Shown: one piece after another, positions 1 through 10,377 of the stretch
How positions within the stretch are numbered: position 1 is the first letter of the stretch
How the letters are laid out: every line of letters starts with the position of its first letter
Source: Spirochaetia bacterium
GTDB lineage: Bacteria; Spirochaetota; Spirochaetia; DSM-2461
Reading direction: 5' to 3'
Assembly (NCBI GenBank): GCA_963666985.2
Contig: CAXXIA010000002.1
Location: forward strand, 1,216,001-1,280,000
Length of the DNA: 64,000 nt
Notes under the pieces: model-generated
Database searches by the model: none
What the model was told of the DNA's origin: nothing
The model's input: the letters and a program-made list of their open reading frames with translations, nothing else
Made by a program: the position numbers and the translations under genes

Positions 1-170
1 TATACCGGAACATATAGACAACCTCATCTCGGCGAAAACCAGAAATTCCATTCACGCGGACGATGCTCTGTATTTTTAGTAAACAAAAAACTCAAATTCA
101 AGAAAATCGAGAATAATTAAAAACTCGGCGTTCAATATAAGAGCATCGAAGCCGGTCGCACGAATCGCCT

Positions 171-1037
171 TTAGGTAAAAAGCGGCTCCCAGCCTCCCGA
201 TTCGGCACGCCGGATCATCTCGGTATCGGAGGGCTGAACGGTGAATCCCGCCACCGCGCTGAGAACCTTAGGAAGGAGTTCCGCGTCCCCCGAAGTATTA
301 ATGAATGAACCCTCGACACCCATGGCCCAACGGATCGAGGCATCGAGATCTTCCTGATTCTCCAACGGTTTGTACCACGTTGTTCGCGTCTTTTCCTCAC
401 CCTCGCGCCACGGCCTGTGGCAGGCGGTCTTGATAAGCTGGAAAGCCGTGTTTCTCTCCCGGCAAATCTTATGGAGCTTCCGGAACTCCTCGGCATAGGC
501 CGTATTTCGACTTAAGGCCCAGTTCCAGGGCAGTAACACGCTGTCGAAATCAAAACGCTCAAGGCTCTTCAAATGCATCCGGGGAGCAATAAGACCGTGA
601 CTGGTAACACCGAGCCACTTCACCAGACCTTCCTTTCTTGCTTCAATAAAAGCTTCCAGGGCTCCGCCCGGCCCCATAGCCGTTTGCCACTCCTCTTCGG
701 TCGATAAAAAGTGCATCTGCCAGAGATCGACGCTCTCCACCCGCATGAGTTCCAAAGAGCGCCGAAGCTCTTTCCGGGCACCGTCATAGGTTCTCTCTTC
801 AGTCTTCGTCGCCAAAAAAACGCTCTTCCGATTTCGCTCCAGCCAAGGTCCCAGGCGTTCCTCGGCCTTTCCATAGCTTGCCGCCGTATCGATATGATTC
901 ACACCGCGAGCCACGGCCATATCCAATGTTTGCTCAACGGTTTGAGCATCACGATCCCAGAAAGCCGCCGCGCCGAGCAGGGCCCTGCCGCTTAAATGTC
1001 CGGTTCTTCCGAACGGAGCTTGAGGAATATGGTTCAT
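171..1037 (-). CDS. Aldo/keto reductase family oxidoreductase
   Basis: AKR motifs GVNHIDTAASYG, FLATK, VDLWQMH and GLVKWLGVTSH. Start moved to ATG 1037 (MNHIPQ), which has a GGAG SD upstream; the ORF track starts at 1082. Confidence 0.9.
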   Translation of the reverse strand: MNHIPQAPFGRTGHLSGRALLGAAAFWDRDAQTVEQTLDMAVARGVNHIDTAASYGKAEERLGPWLERNRKSVFLATKTEERTYDGARKELRRSLELMRVESVDLWQMHFLSTEEEWQTAMGPGGALEAFIEARKEGLVKWLGVTSHGLIAPRMHLKSLERFDFDSVLLPWNWALSRNTAYAEEFRKLHKICRERNTAFQLIKTACHRPWREGEEKTRTTWYKPLENQEDLDASIRWAMGVEGSFINTSGDAELLPKVLSAVAGFTVQPSDTEMIRRAESGGWEPLFT

Positions 1038-1131
1038 TTCGTCTCTCCTTCCGCGAATTCGAAGGAAGAAGATTCTGTTCACCCGGCTTCGGGCGGAAGC
1101 GGCCGATCGTTATCGAACGACAGCACTCCGC

Positions 1132-1989
1132 TCAGCCTGCGAACACTTCTTCCAGCGCTCTCCGCATTACCGAAGCATCCGGGGTAACACCGGTCCAATA
1201 CTCAATGCCGATCACACCCTGATTAACAAGCATTCCCAGGCCGTCTATAACCCGGCAGCCGGCCGCTTCGGCCTCACGGATGAACCGCGTCCTGGGCGGA
1301 TTCGGAATAACATCCGCAACAACCATTCCCGGCTTCAGGCTGCCGATGTCCAGAGAAAGACGGGCATCAACATCCGGATAAAGTCCGATCGACGTAGCAT
1401 TGACAACGGCGTCGATACCCTCGGGAACGATGTAATCGCCTTCCCATTTTAAAAACCGCGCATCGGCCGGTGTTTTCGCGTTCAGAAGATCGGCCAATTC
1501 CCGTCCCCGCGCCTCTGTTCTGTTGACGACAATAAGTTCCTTCGCTCCCGCGAGGGCCAATTCCACGCCGATGGCCCGTGCGGCGCCGCCCGCGCCGAAA
1601 AGAACGAATCGGCCTCCCGATGGATCCATTAAGTCCCGGAGAGCCTTCACAAAGCCCTTACCGTCTGTGTTTTCACCAATGAGCCGGCCTTTTCTGTTGA
1701 CGACACAATTCACCGCGCCCATGGTTTCAGCCGATTCTCCGAGGCCGTCCAAATACTCGATAACGGCCACTTTATGCGGGATGGTACAATTAAATCCTTT
1801 GAATCCCATGGCGCGGGAGCCTTCAACCGCCGCCTTTAAATCCTTAGGGTCAACCTCAAGAGTCAGATAGCGCCACTCGAGACCATGATGATGAAAAGCG
1901 GCTTCCGCCGCGGCCTGTGTGGGATTTTCCGCTACCGGTTTTCCGAAAACACCGACGAGTTCCTGCTTAAAATTCAATTCTGCTGCCAT
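1132..1989 (-). CDS. aroE: Shikimate dehydrogenase
   Basis: Motifs GFNCTIPHK, GAVNCV, GENTDGKGF, GAGGAARA, NRT, NATSIG and DGLGMLVNQG. Confidence 0.92.
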   Translation of the reverse strand: MAAELNFKQELVGVFGKPVAENPTQAAAEAAFHHHGLEWRYLTLEVDPKDLKAAVEGSRAMGFKGFNCTIPHKVAVIEYLDGLGESAETMGAVNCVVNRKGRLIGENTDGKGFVKALRDLMDPSGGRFVLFGAGGAARAIGVELALAGAKELIVVNRTEARGRELADLLNAKTPADARFLKWEGDYIVPEGIDAVVNATSIGLYPDVDARLSLDIGSLKPGMVVADVIPNPPRTRFIREAEAAGCRVIDGLGMLVNQGVIGIEYWTGVTPDASVMRRALEEVFAG

Positions 1990-2168
1990 TGTGTCATTCT
2001 AACATTATTCAAATCATGAAAAAACTTATTTTACTCATCCCAATTCGCCCAAAAACCCAGCAGCTCAAGAACAGCAAAGAAACGATAGTGATTGAAAAAT
2101 CACCCACAAATCTATTCGATACTATGGAATATAATTGTCCGGAGAATTCCATAGCCGGAAGCAGTGTT

Positions 2169-5100
2169 TTATCTCTTTCCCAAAGCCCGTTCCAAAAGAG
2201 TCACAATTTCTTCATTTCCGGCCTTACGGGCAAGCTCGCAATACCGCTCCTCAATCGGTGCGCCGGCGTCCAAAAGCAGAGCGACGATATCCGTATATCC
2301 GCCCCTCACGGCGTATTCAAGTGGAGAATAATCATGAATGAAACGATCAAAGGTCGCTGTTCCTTCTTTGAGAAGAAGAGCGACAGCTTCGGTGAATCCC
2401 GATGCGGCGGCCCGCGTAAGGGCCTCGACGGCACCCTCTTCAATCATGTGAGATCCCCTTTCAAGGAGTCCCGTGACAAAAGAAAGACGGCCGTCGGCTT
2501 CGGCCCAGACAACAGCGTCGGGAGGGATTACGGAACCACCCTCCATGAGGACCCACAGAACATCCTTATGAAATCCCATTAGAGCGGCCCGAACAGGAGG
2601 AATACCCAAGGAACCCGAAAGGTTCGGGGCCGCTCCCAACCCGAGCAGAAATCTGCAAATCGCAGCATCACCCTCGGAAGCGGCTGAGACAAGCTCATCG
2701 ATCATCACGGACGTCTCAAGAACGGCTCCATGGGAAGCAAGCACAGCGGCCCAGTCCGCCTGACCATTGTGCAGCGCCGAGAGGAGGGAAGAATTGAGAA
2801 TCTCCGGGACCGCCAGATTCAAGGCTGATTCCGAAACAGGCCATTCAAGACGAACTAAAAGATTATCCCGATCGATTACGGGATTCTGCAGGCCGTCCGT
2901 CATCCCGGCCACAACGGAAAAAACAGACGCTTCAAGTTCCCCTGCAGTAATGAAACCATCGGCATTCAAATCCGATACCAGTCCGTCGAGAGCTGCGATG
3001 ACCGCTCCCGTAAAAAAACCGTTTCCTTCCTCCGAATACGAATATGGCTCGTAGGAAAGCTCTCCGCCGCGCGACGAAGAAAAAACAACGGCTCCGGTCC
3101 GCTGAAAAATATCACGATGGATCATCCTGTCCCGCTCAAGACGCCAAGAACGAGGCTTGATTCCCGCGGATCCCAATCCTCGCGAAGAGACTCCTTCCGG
3201 AGAAATGCCGATTGGAATGCCCTTATCGGGAATCCAATCATGGGCTTCCAATGCCGCTGAAGGAATTAAAGGATTCGCAGGTATCATGGTTTTGCCTGAA
3301 GGCTCGAGGGTATCAGGTACCCGGATACGGGACGATCTGATGGACCGAGATCTGGTTTTTTCATCCTCGAGAAACGCATTGGAAGATTCCAATCGGGCGG
3401 GATCAACTTCCCCCGATTCACATGTATCCATCAGGAACAGTTTCTTCCTGGGAGGAATTCCGTCCAGCAGCCCGGAAAGAAGGGAAAAAGGAATAGAAGT
3501 GTTCTCCAGATCGTCCAAATCCGCTTCGGAGCTCAGGTAATAATACGCTCCTTCGTCATCATGAAGACCGTGACCGGAAATAAAGAGAACGACCGTATCC
3601 TCAGGGGAGGCGGCTGTTAAAAAATCCCGTCCCTCGGCTATTGAGGAAACCGTACAGTTTCCATCAATCCAGATTCTCGACCGGAAGCCATCGAAATTAC
3701 CGGAAAAAGAAGAAAACAAGACCTCCAGATCTCTCACGTCTTTCGCCGGGAACACCAGATGTAAACACTCGTCACGATATTCCGAAACACCGAAACCCAG
3801 GAACCACAGGATACCCCGGGGCTTCTCCTCTTTTGGAATCTCACGGTCGATTTGGAGATTCCAGCCAAGGCTCTCGCGGCCGAGTTTATCAAAACAGGAA
3901 ACCTCGACGGCGTTCCTCCCCGGAAGCAGCGGAACCTCCGCAGCCGCCGTGTCTCTATAGCCTTCAAGCGGAAGTCCTTGTCCGCCATACAGCGGAACGC
4001 CGTTGACCGCGATACTATAAGAATTGAGTTCAGTCGATTCGGAAGAAAACCGCAGTTTAAGAAGAAGAACGTTATCATCCTCATCCACACGGCTTGATTC
4101 CACTTCCACTTTAGGCAAATCCCAATCCTCAAGAAAACGCTTTTCCACATAGGCCAGATAAACGGGATTGCGAAGCAGACCGAAACGGTCTTCGGGAGAA
4201 AGATCCGAACACATTACATAACCGCCGTCCGACCGTCCGTAAGCCATCGTTAAAAGACGTCCCTGTCGGGCGTTCGACAAATTGAGAATTTCACCAAAAT
4301 CCTTTATGGGGATTCGGACGGGAAGAGCCTCCGATTTCGCAAGACGCCGAAGATACTGAGTTCTCCAGTCTTCCCTAGCCTCAGGATTCCCGAGATTCAG
4401 TCGGCTGAGAATTACATCAGGCCGATTCCGAAAAAGCGCGAATTGACTTAAGCGAACCGCCCTGTCTCCGCTCAGGTACACAGCAAGCTCATCTCCCTTG
4501 GGAGAACAATCGAAATATCCGTCGGGCGTACAAATAAGCCATTCTTTTCCATGTGAATACATTGCGGCTGAATCACCCGTATTAATATTCCAAAGACGTA
4601 TGGACCCGTCCTCCGATGCCGTGGCGACCACTTCTCCTCCGGGGTGAAAGGCGAGTGAAAGGATCGGTGCTCCATGACCGGAGAACTCGCCGATCATTCG
4701 ATTATCCCTATCCCAAAGCCTCATCATCCCGTCCATTCCGGCTGTTACGAATTGTGTACCGGCGGGAGAATACGCAAAGGGACGCATTCGTCCTGTTTCA
4801 GGAACACCGTGTCCCCAGGGATCATCTTCATACCTATCCAATAGAGCTCTGCAAAATTCCCTCTCCCTGATCATTACCGGATGGTCGGCGGAAACTTCCC
4901 GGATTTTTCCATCGGCATTCCAGTCGAATCCATAAATGGTTGATTCAGAATCCATCCATTCAACAATTGAAAAAACAAGACTTCCATCCGAACTGAAGAC
5001 AATATTCTCCGGGAGTACGGATTCCCGGTCTTCTACGAGAATCGTTCCGGTATCATCAATAAAGAACCGGCCTGAATATTCATCATATATAAAAGAAATA

Positions 5101-6536
5101 ACACCTTTACCGGATATAATCGGCCATGCATAAACCGATGATACTGATTCGTCAATTTCATAACCATTTTTACTGAGGATTGTCTCCCAATTCATCTTCC
5201 GGAGGAAACAGCCGTCGGCGTCGTACACCTCGAATCCCCCGATAAAAAGCCGAATAAGGGTACCGTCATCTTTTACAGTAAAATCAGATGTCCAATCGGC
5301 AATGGGGATGGTCTTCAAGAGTTTCCCCGAGATATCCCAAATCCTTAACGAATCCCCGACGGCGTACAATCTATCCCCGGAGGGAGAAAAGCGAAGGAGT
5401 CCGGTATCAAGAGGCGGATACGCGATGATTCCATCGATCGAGAATTCCTCGGAAAGAATGAAGGCACGATTTTCACCCGCCGCCAGGATTCTTCCGTTCC
5501 GGTCGCCCGCAAAACATCCCAGGAAACCATCGGTAAGTTCCTTCGGCAAAGGAATGGGAAATCCGCCGATGTCCCAGGCGGACAGTGAAAAATTATTTTT
5601 AACATACAATGCGGCCGCCGAATGATATTCACGCTCATGCCTCAGGGAGGCAAAGAAACGGCCGTCCGGAGCCGTGAATCCTCTTTCAAAAACAACATTC
5701 AGCTCTTCATGTATGATTCTGGGAGACGAACCCCGGCCGTCGAATTGTAAAATCCTGATATTTTCCTTTGGATTCAGACTATCGGGATCGAAGGCCAATA
5801 CCAGAACTAATCCTCCGTCCTCACGGGGAAATATTCCTTTCGGTGTATAACCGGCGGAATCGAAATATTCAAAAATCTGAAACTCTTCCGTACGTTCATC
5901 GAAAACCCCGAGACGATGTGTCCGTTCGAAATCTCCGGCGGATGCATCCGGATACCAGTACTTTACCAGATACGCGCCGCCGGGACGGATCTGCAATGCG
6001 TGAAAAAAAAGATCATTGGAATTTGCATAGATTGTACGGAATGAAAGATCCTCATTCAGAAGAAAAACGCCGGAAATCCATACGCCATCGGTATCATACC
6101 GCGTACCGGAGATCCATATCGAATGTCCATCGGCGTGAGGAGCAATTACGTCGCAGCAGATTAAAGACGGTGGAGCCGATTCCAGTATTCGGCCCTCCAG
6201 ATCCAGGATATAGGCATCAGGGGATTCGTCCGGATCCGTATAAGGATTGGAGCTGCCCGAAACCAGAAGACGGTTGTCTCCGGTAAACGCTGCGGACCAA
6301 ACAAGTGATAAAGGCGTTTCGATGGAGCGCAAGAAAACACCTTCAGCCGTCCAAAGTCTTACAAACGGTTCGACTCCTCCGCTCTCGGCGATATATCGGC
6401 CGTCGGGGCTCATGGCCAAGACGGCTCCGGATAAACCTCTGCCTACTTGCGGAACTATCGGCGGAGGAGAATCTGCGGGAAGCTGAAAGAGAAAAACGAG
6501 TGCTAAAAGACAAATATTGACGGAAGTGCGGACCAT
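2169..6536 (-). CDS. Exported WD40-repeat / caspase-like (peptidase C14) / ankyrin-repeat protein
   Basis: Signal-peptide-like N-terminus from ATG 6536 (GGAG upstream). WD40 repeats (GHGAPILSLAFHPGGEVVATASEDGSIRLWN), caspase dyad motifs FISGHG and MDTCESG, and C-terminal ankyrin repeats (SPLEYAVRGGYTDIVALLLDAGA). Confidence 0.85.
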   Translation of the reverse strand: MVRTSVNICLLALVFLFQLPADSPPPIVPQVGRGLSGAVLAMSPDGRYIAESGGVEPFVRLWTAEGVFLRSIETPLSLVWSAAFTGDNRLLVSGSSNPYTDPDESPDAYILDLEGRILESAPPSLICCDVIAPHADGHSIWISGTRYDTDGVWISGVFLLNEDLSFRTIYANSNDLFFHALQIRPGGAYLVKYWYPDASAGDFERTHRLGVFDERTEEFQIFEYFDSAGYTPKGIFPREDGGLVLVLAFDPDSLNPKENIRILQFDGRGSSPRIIHEELNVVFERGFTAPDGRFFASLRHEREYHSAAALYVKNNFSLSAWDIGGFPIPLPKELTDGFLGCFAGDRNGRILAAGENRAFILSEEFSIDGIIAYPPLDTGLLRFSPSGDRLYAVGDSLRIWDISGKLLKTIPIADWTSDFTVKDDGTLIRLFIGGFEVYDADGCFLRKMNWETILSKNGYEIDESVSSVYAWPIISGKGVISFIYDEYSGRFFIDDTGTILVEDRESVLPENIVFSSDGSLVFSIVEWMDSESTIYGFDWNADGKIREVSADHPVMIREREFCRALLDRYEDDPWGHGVPETGRMRPFAYSPAGTQFVTAGMDGMMRLWDRDNRMIGEFSGHGAPILSLAFHPGGEVVATASEDGSIRLWNINTGDSAAMYSHGKEWLICTPDGYFDCSPKGDELAVYLSGDRAVRLSQFALFRNRPDVILSRLNLGNPEAREDWRTQYLRRLAKSEALPVRIPIKDFGEILNLSNARQGRLLTMAYGRSDGGYVMCSDLSPEDRFGLLRNPVYLAYVEKRFLEDWDLPKVEVESSRVDEDDNVLLLKLRFSSESTELNSYSIAVNGVPLYGGQGLPLEGYRDTAAAEVPLLPGRNAVEVSCFDKLGRESLGWNLQIDREIPKEEKPRGILWFLGFGVSEYRDECLHLVFPAKDVRDLEVLFSSFSGNFDGFRSRIWIDGNCTVSSIAEGRDFLTAASPEDTVVLFISGHGLHDDEGAYYYLSSEADLDDLENTSIPFSLLSGLLDGIPPRKKLFLMDTCESGEVDPARLESSNAFLEDEKTRSRSIRSSRIRVPDTLEPSGKTMIPANPLIPSAALEAHDWIPDKGIPIGISPEGVSSRGLGSAGIKPRSWRLERDRMIHRDIFQRTGAVVFSSSRGGELSYEPYSYSEEGNGFFTGAVIAALDGLVSDLNADGFITAGELEASVFSVVAGMTDGLQNPVIDRDNLLVRLEWPVSESALNLAVPEILNSSLLSALHNGQADWAAVLASHGAVLETSVMIDELVSAASEGDAAICRFLLGLGAAPNLSGSLGIPPVRAALMGFHKDVLWVLMEGGSVIPPDAVVWAEADGRLSFVTGLLERGSHMIEEGAVEALTRAAASGFTEAVALLLKEGTATFDRFIHDYSPLEYAVRGGYTDIVALLLDAGAPIEERYCELARKAGNEEIVTLLERALGKR

Positions 6537-6646
6537 CGGCGGACTCCGAACAAAACTATCTCCATACAAGCATAGCAAAAAGACATCTTGTTTACTATTA
6601 GGAACAGCCGCCTCAAGATGATATCCGGAGAAATGTTATTCGAGAG

Positions 6647-7207
6647 TTAAGTCTTTTCCTCTTCCAACTTCCGGAAATACACGGTTTCTCCGTCCAAGTC
6701 CGCCCGAAGATCTTCAGGCAGTTCCGGAGCCGCGATATTACGGCCTTCATTCGGCGGCGGCGAATCTCCCCATCCCGGACATCCGGCAACAGGCGGCACT
6801 TCCCTCCACTCTTCAGATCCGCCGGCTAAATCGATGGTTCGGGCCAAAGGCGCCAGTCGGCAGACGGTCGGCTTGGCATCCGTGTAATGAAGGGAACAGC
6901 GGCCGTGAAGCTGGCCGTCCTCGTCCAAATCGTTTATTAGAAAACGGCAGGATCGCCCCGCGGGAGTCAGGGGAAACCGCAGCCTCGGCCGGCTCGCTCC
7001 GTGCTGCCCCGCCTCGACGAGAATAAGATGTTTCTCCATCAGAATGCTCTGAGCATCAGCGCCGGAACCGGGAATCTTAAGTCCCAAATGCACGGCCAGT
7101 CGTTCCATGTCCGTCGGATGAAGCCAGACCTTTTGACTTCCGCGGCAGCATTCGCCGCAGAGAGTACATTCGAATTGTGAATCGTTCGGTTCGCCGTCGG
7201 CCTTCAT
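6647..7207 (-). CDS. YkgJ family cysteine-cluster (putative Zn/Fe-chelating) protein
   Basis: Cys pattern FECTLCGECC ... CRFL ... CSLH ... KPTVCRLAP ... CPG. Confidence 0.85.
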   Translation of the reverse strand: MKADGEPNDSQFECTLCGECCRGSQKVWLHPTDMERLAVHLGLKIPGSGADAQSILMEKHLILVEAGQHGASRPRLRFPLTPAGRSCRFLINDLDEDGQLHGRCSLHYTDAKPTVCRLAPLARTIDLAGGSEEWREVPPVAGCPGWGDSPPPNEGRNIAAPELPEDLRADLDGETVYFRKLEEEKT

Positions 7208-7267
7208 GGGCGATAAGAGTACCGCATCCGTTCGCCGGCGGCCATGGCTCCGAACCGCCTTATCCGT

Positions 7268-7954
7268 TTAAAAAGCGGCCGGAAAAACCAAAGAATCGAA
7301 CTTCGGTCCGAACTCTTTATCCAGAACAAGACGGGCCAAATCGATCACCGGAAGGCCGAGCGTATCGATAAGCGCCGAATCCGAAGTGGCAATCGCTTCA
7401 ATCTCGGCATTGATCGACGCATCCATCAGCGCCCGGTCTCCCGAGGGAGCCGTTAGAACTTCCGCCTTCAATCCGGCCGAATCGAGACGAGCTCGGAAAA
7501 ATCCGGCATGGTCACGGCTGTGCGAGAGGGGATCGTCAAAAACAACAAAAAAAGAATCGGCACCGGTTGATGAAAGAACGCGCGCCGCAAGGTCCAATGA
7601 GCGAAGCATCAAATCTTCATCGTGAAGCCTGCCGTGGAGTGCGCCGATATCCCGGATTAATCCGTCGTCCGCCTCGAATACAGGAACACCGGCGATGTAA
7701 TTGGCAACGGTCAGAATCACATTGTGCCCGTCGATGCCGAGCCGCCCTATTCCGCCCTGGCCGAGAGGCAAAATCATCCGTGAACGACGCCGCGCCTCTT
7801 GGGTTGCGGAAACTCCTCGGGAGAGAATCTGCCTTCCGGCCCGGTCGATGCGATGACGGTCGCCGACAAGCTTAACCGAAGCGGTCTGCGGATAGCCCCG
7901 GTCGAAAAGCCAGCGCAAATGCCCGGCCGCCTCAAGAAGATTTTCGGGGAACAT
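7268..7954 (-). CDS. DUF434 domain-containing protein (PIN-like)
   Basis: Motifs LRWLFDRGY, VKLVGDRHRI, IDGHNVILT, DDGLIRD and ATSDSALID. Start placed at ATG 7954. Confidence 0.8.
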   Translation of the reverse strand: MFPENLLEAAGHLRWLFDRGYPQTASVKLVGDRHRIDRAGRQILSRGVSATQEARRRSRMILPLGQGGIGRLGIDGHNVILTVANYIAGVPVFEADDGLIRDIGALHGRLHDEDLMLRSLDLAARVLSSTGADSFFVVFDDPLSHSRDHAGFFRARLDSAGLKAEVLTAPSGDRALMDASINAEIEAIATSDSALIDTLGLPVIDLARLVLDKEFGPKFDSLVFPAAF

Positions 7955-8068
7955 GGTGAGGATTATATCATAGGAGGTAGAAACTCCATGCCGGTAAGCG
8001 CCCCTGTGCCTTAGGCTTAAACAGCCGGGCAAAAAACCTTACGGCGCGAAAATAGCCGTTATCGCCTG

Positions 8069-10183
8069 CTAAGCCTCCGCGGATGATTCCAGCCTAAACC
8101 GATCCGCGCTTTTTATAATGCGATCCATGGAAGAGCCGAGTCCTTCAATCATCTCCGTAATGTCGGCGGCGGCATTGCTCACGGCATGCGTGATGGAAGA
8201 GAGTCCTTCAAGAGACTCCGAAATTCGGCCGCTTCCGTCCGACATATGATTGGTATGTTCGATCATTTGATAGAATCCGTCGGCCGTTAGGCGAATTTCA
8301 TCAACGAGGGAATTAACAGCCGCTTCGGCCCTCTGAATCGTTTCCCGCCCTTCTCCGGTGCGCTTCATCAAATCACTTAAACTTCTGTTCACCGATCGGG
8401 CATTCTCGCTCACGCCATTGGCCAAGTTCTTCATTTCTCCGGCCACAACCGCAAAGCCCCGTCCGGATTCTCCGGCATGCGCGGCTTCAACGGCCGCATT
8501 AAAAGAAAGAAGATTAGTCCGAGAAGCAATATCATCAATAAGCCCTATCATATTGCCGATCTCGGTAATGGAATCCGCAATCATGCCGATAGCTTCCACG
8601 GTTTCCCGCATATCTTTTTCACCGGAACCGGCGGCCTGAACAAGATTACTCAAGGCATTCTGTCTCTCGGCGGCCCGCTCCGCCAAATCACGGATGGTTT
8701 CCAGCATCCGTTCGATGAATTCGGACGATTCGACCAGGGAAAAAGTCTGATGACTCACGTGCGTATTAACGTCCTTCAGCTGATTCTGGATTCCGTCCAT
8801 AAGACCATGACAAGTCCCGATTTCTCCGGTGAGATTCTCATAGAGAGACGTGATGGCTTCTTTCTCATCCAGAATCATCTTGTAACGCGTATGATGGCAG
8901 TTCTCCGGCTTGTTCAATCCGTTGAAAACGGCGACGGCCATATGCTCGCAGCTTTCATAACCGCAGGCATGGCAATTCAAATAATCTCTCTTCTCCGTTT
9001 TCCTCATCCGCCGATAAATTTCATTCAGCTGATCCTTATCCGGGATACGAAGAGCCGAGCTTCCGGAGCGGTCCTGATAAGCCCGATCGTAAAGACGGGG
9101 TTTCCAGAACTCCCGTATCCGGCGTTCCATGACTCGGGAAGCTTTATCGTCCTTTACTCCGTCGGTTCCGTGCTCTTTTCGCGCTTGCCGTTCACGGCGG
9201 CGAATATCGTATTCCAATTCATCAACCGTTTTCTCGGACGTTAACGTTCCCGGACCGCCGTTGCATCCCCGTTCGCAATTCAAACAGTCCACCAAAAGCG
9301 GCTGCACGCCGAGTCTGACGGACTCGGGAAAAGAATCGAGATAGGAGTATACCACATCTGAGCCTTCAATTTTCCGTACCTGATCGACAATACCGCCGTT
9401 CTCGCGGGCGACGGTTTCCTTCAATCCCCCAGGTGTGGAGAATCCGACGGCTCTCTCTCCGCGCGGACCGTCGAAATCCCGTTCCGGAAACTCCGAGAGC
9501 TTGATTCCTTCTTCCTTCAGCCAGGAATCCAAACCGCGGAACGTAACGTTCAGGGCGTTCGGCCGAACATCATCGAATTCACGCCTCTTGGCCAAACATG
9601 GAGAGAGAACGACGATACGGTATCCGGAATATTTCGGGAAAAACTGTTCAACCATCTTGATGGTATGAAGCATCGGACTGTCGGCGGGAGCCAGATACGG
9701 AAGAAGGTTCGGCCGATATATTTCAATATAAGAGACCAGTGCCGGACACGGCTGGGCGATAACGGAATCAGGATTCTTCGCTTTGATGTAATCCAGATAA
9801 GACGCAACGGTTAACTCGGCACCAAATCCCACGTCAAAGAACGCCGCAACCCCTTTCTTCTCCAGAAAGCCGAACACGTTTTTCCATGCGTCGGGAAAAT
9901 TCGCCGCGACGGCCGGAGCCGCGACGGCCACGAATTTCTCGCCGGAATCCAAAGCCGATCGGAACAACTCCGTATCATCCAGCGGTACACGGGCATCATG
10001 AGAACAGGCCTCGATACAGCGGCCGCAGCCGATGCAGAGATTATGGTTGATCGTAACCGTATCTCCCGAACCGTCGATACAGTACTTCACCGGACAGACG
10101 GCGATACAGCGATGACAGTTCACGCAATTCTCTTTAATCACACCGATAACAGGTGCCAATTCCGTTTTGATTTTCATTTCCAT
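8069..10183 (-). CDS. Sensory [FeFe]-hydrogenase-like protein fused to a methyl-accepting chemotaxis signalling domain
   Basis: Two 4Fe-4S ferredoxin motifs, H-cluster motifs AQPCPALV / SPCLAKRRE / DCLNCERGCNGGPG, an extra CxxCx4Cx16C cluster, and the MCP hairpin IASRTNLLSFNAAVEAAHAGESGRGFAVVA. Confidence 0.9.
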   Translation of the reverse strand: MEMKIKTELAPVIGVIKENCVNCHRCIAVCPVKYCIDGSGDTVTINHNLCIGCGRCIEACSHDARVPLDDTELFRSALDSGEKFVAVAAPAVAANFPDAWKNVFGFLEKKGVAAFFDVGFGAELTVASYLDYIKAKNPDSVIAQPCPALVSYIEIYRPNLLPYLAPADSPMLHTIKMVEQFFPKYSGYRIVVLSPCLAKRREFDDVRPNALNVTFRGLDSWLKEEGIKLSEFPERDFDGPRGERAVGFSTPGGLKETVARENGGIVDQVRKIEGSDVVYSYLDSFPESVRLGVQPLLVDCLNCERGCNGGPGTLTSEKTVDELEYDIRRRERQARKEHGTDGVKDDKASRVMERRIREFWKPRLYDRAYQDRSGSSALRIPDKDQLNEIYRRMRKTEKRDYLNCHACGYESCEHMAVAVFNGLNKPENCHHTRYKMILDEKEAITSLYENLTGEIGTCHGLMDGIQNQLKDVNTHVSHQTFSLVESSEFIERMLETIRDLAERAAERQNALSNLVQAAGSGEKDMRETVEAIGMIADSITEIGNMIGLIDDIASRTNLLSFNAAVEAAHAGESGRGFAVVAGEMKNLANGVSENARSVNRSLSDLMKRTGEGRETIQRAEAAVNSLVDEIRLTADGFYQMIEHTNHMSDGSGRISESLEGLSSITHAVSNAAADITEMIEGLGSSMDRIIKSADRFRLESSAEA

Positions 10184-10377
10184 GGGATGTCCTTAGGTGA
10201 AAAAAAATTAGTATTTCCATAAAGCGTAATTGAAGCCCTTCCGTATTTCCTGAAGAAATTATGAAGACATCGTTATCAAATGATGAGATAAGCTGTTTTC
10301 CGTAAGAAAATTCCAATAACAAACAATTATTCTATTTACTTTCCCGGTTAATCCTATTCACCGGCCGATATCAATTC

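Noticed and set aside
1..120. Possible 3' end of a plus-strand gene at the window start
   Set aside because: Two frames are briefly open but too short to assign.
6360..6395. GGTTCGACTCC, a tRNA T-arm-like motif
   Set aside because: Lies inside the WD40 gene with no cloverleaf or acceptor stem around it.
10355..10372. GCCGATAT sigma28 -10 box near the hydrogenase-MCP gene
   Set aside because: On the wrong strand for that gene and without a correctly spaced -35.
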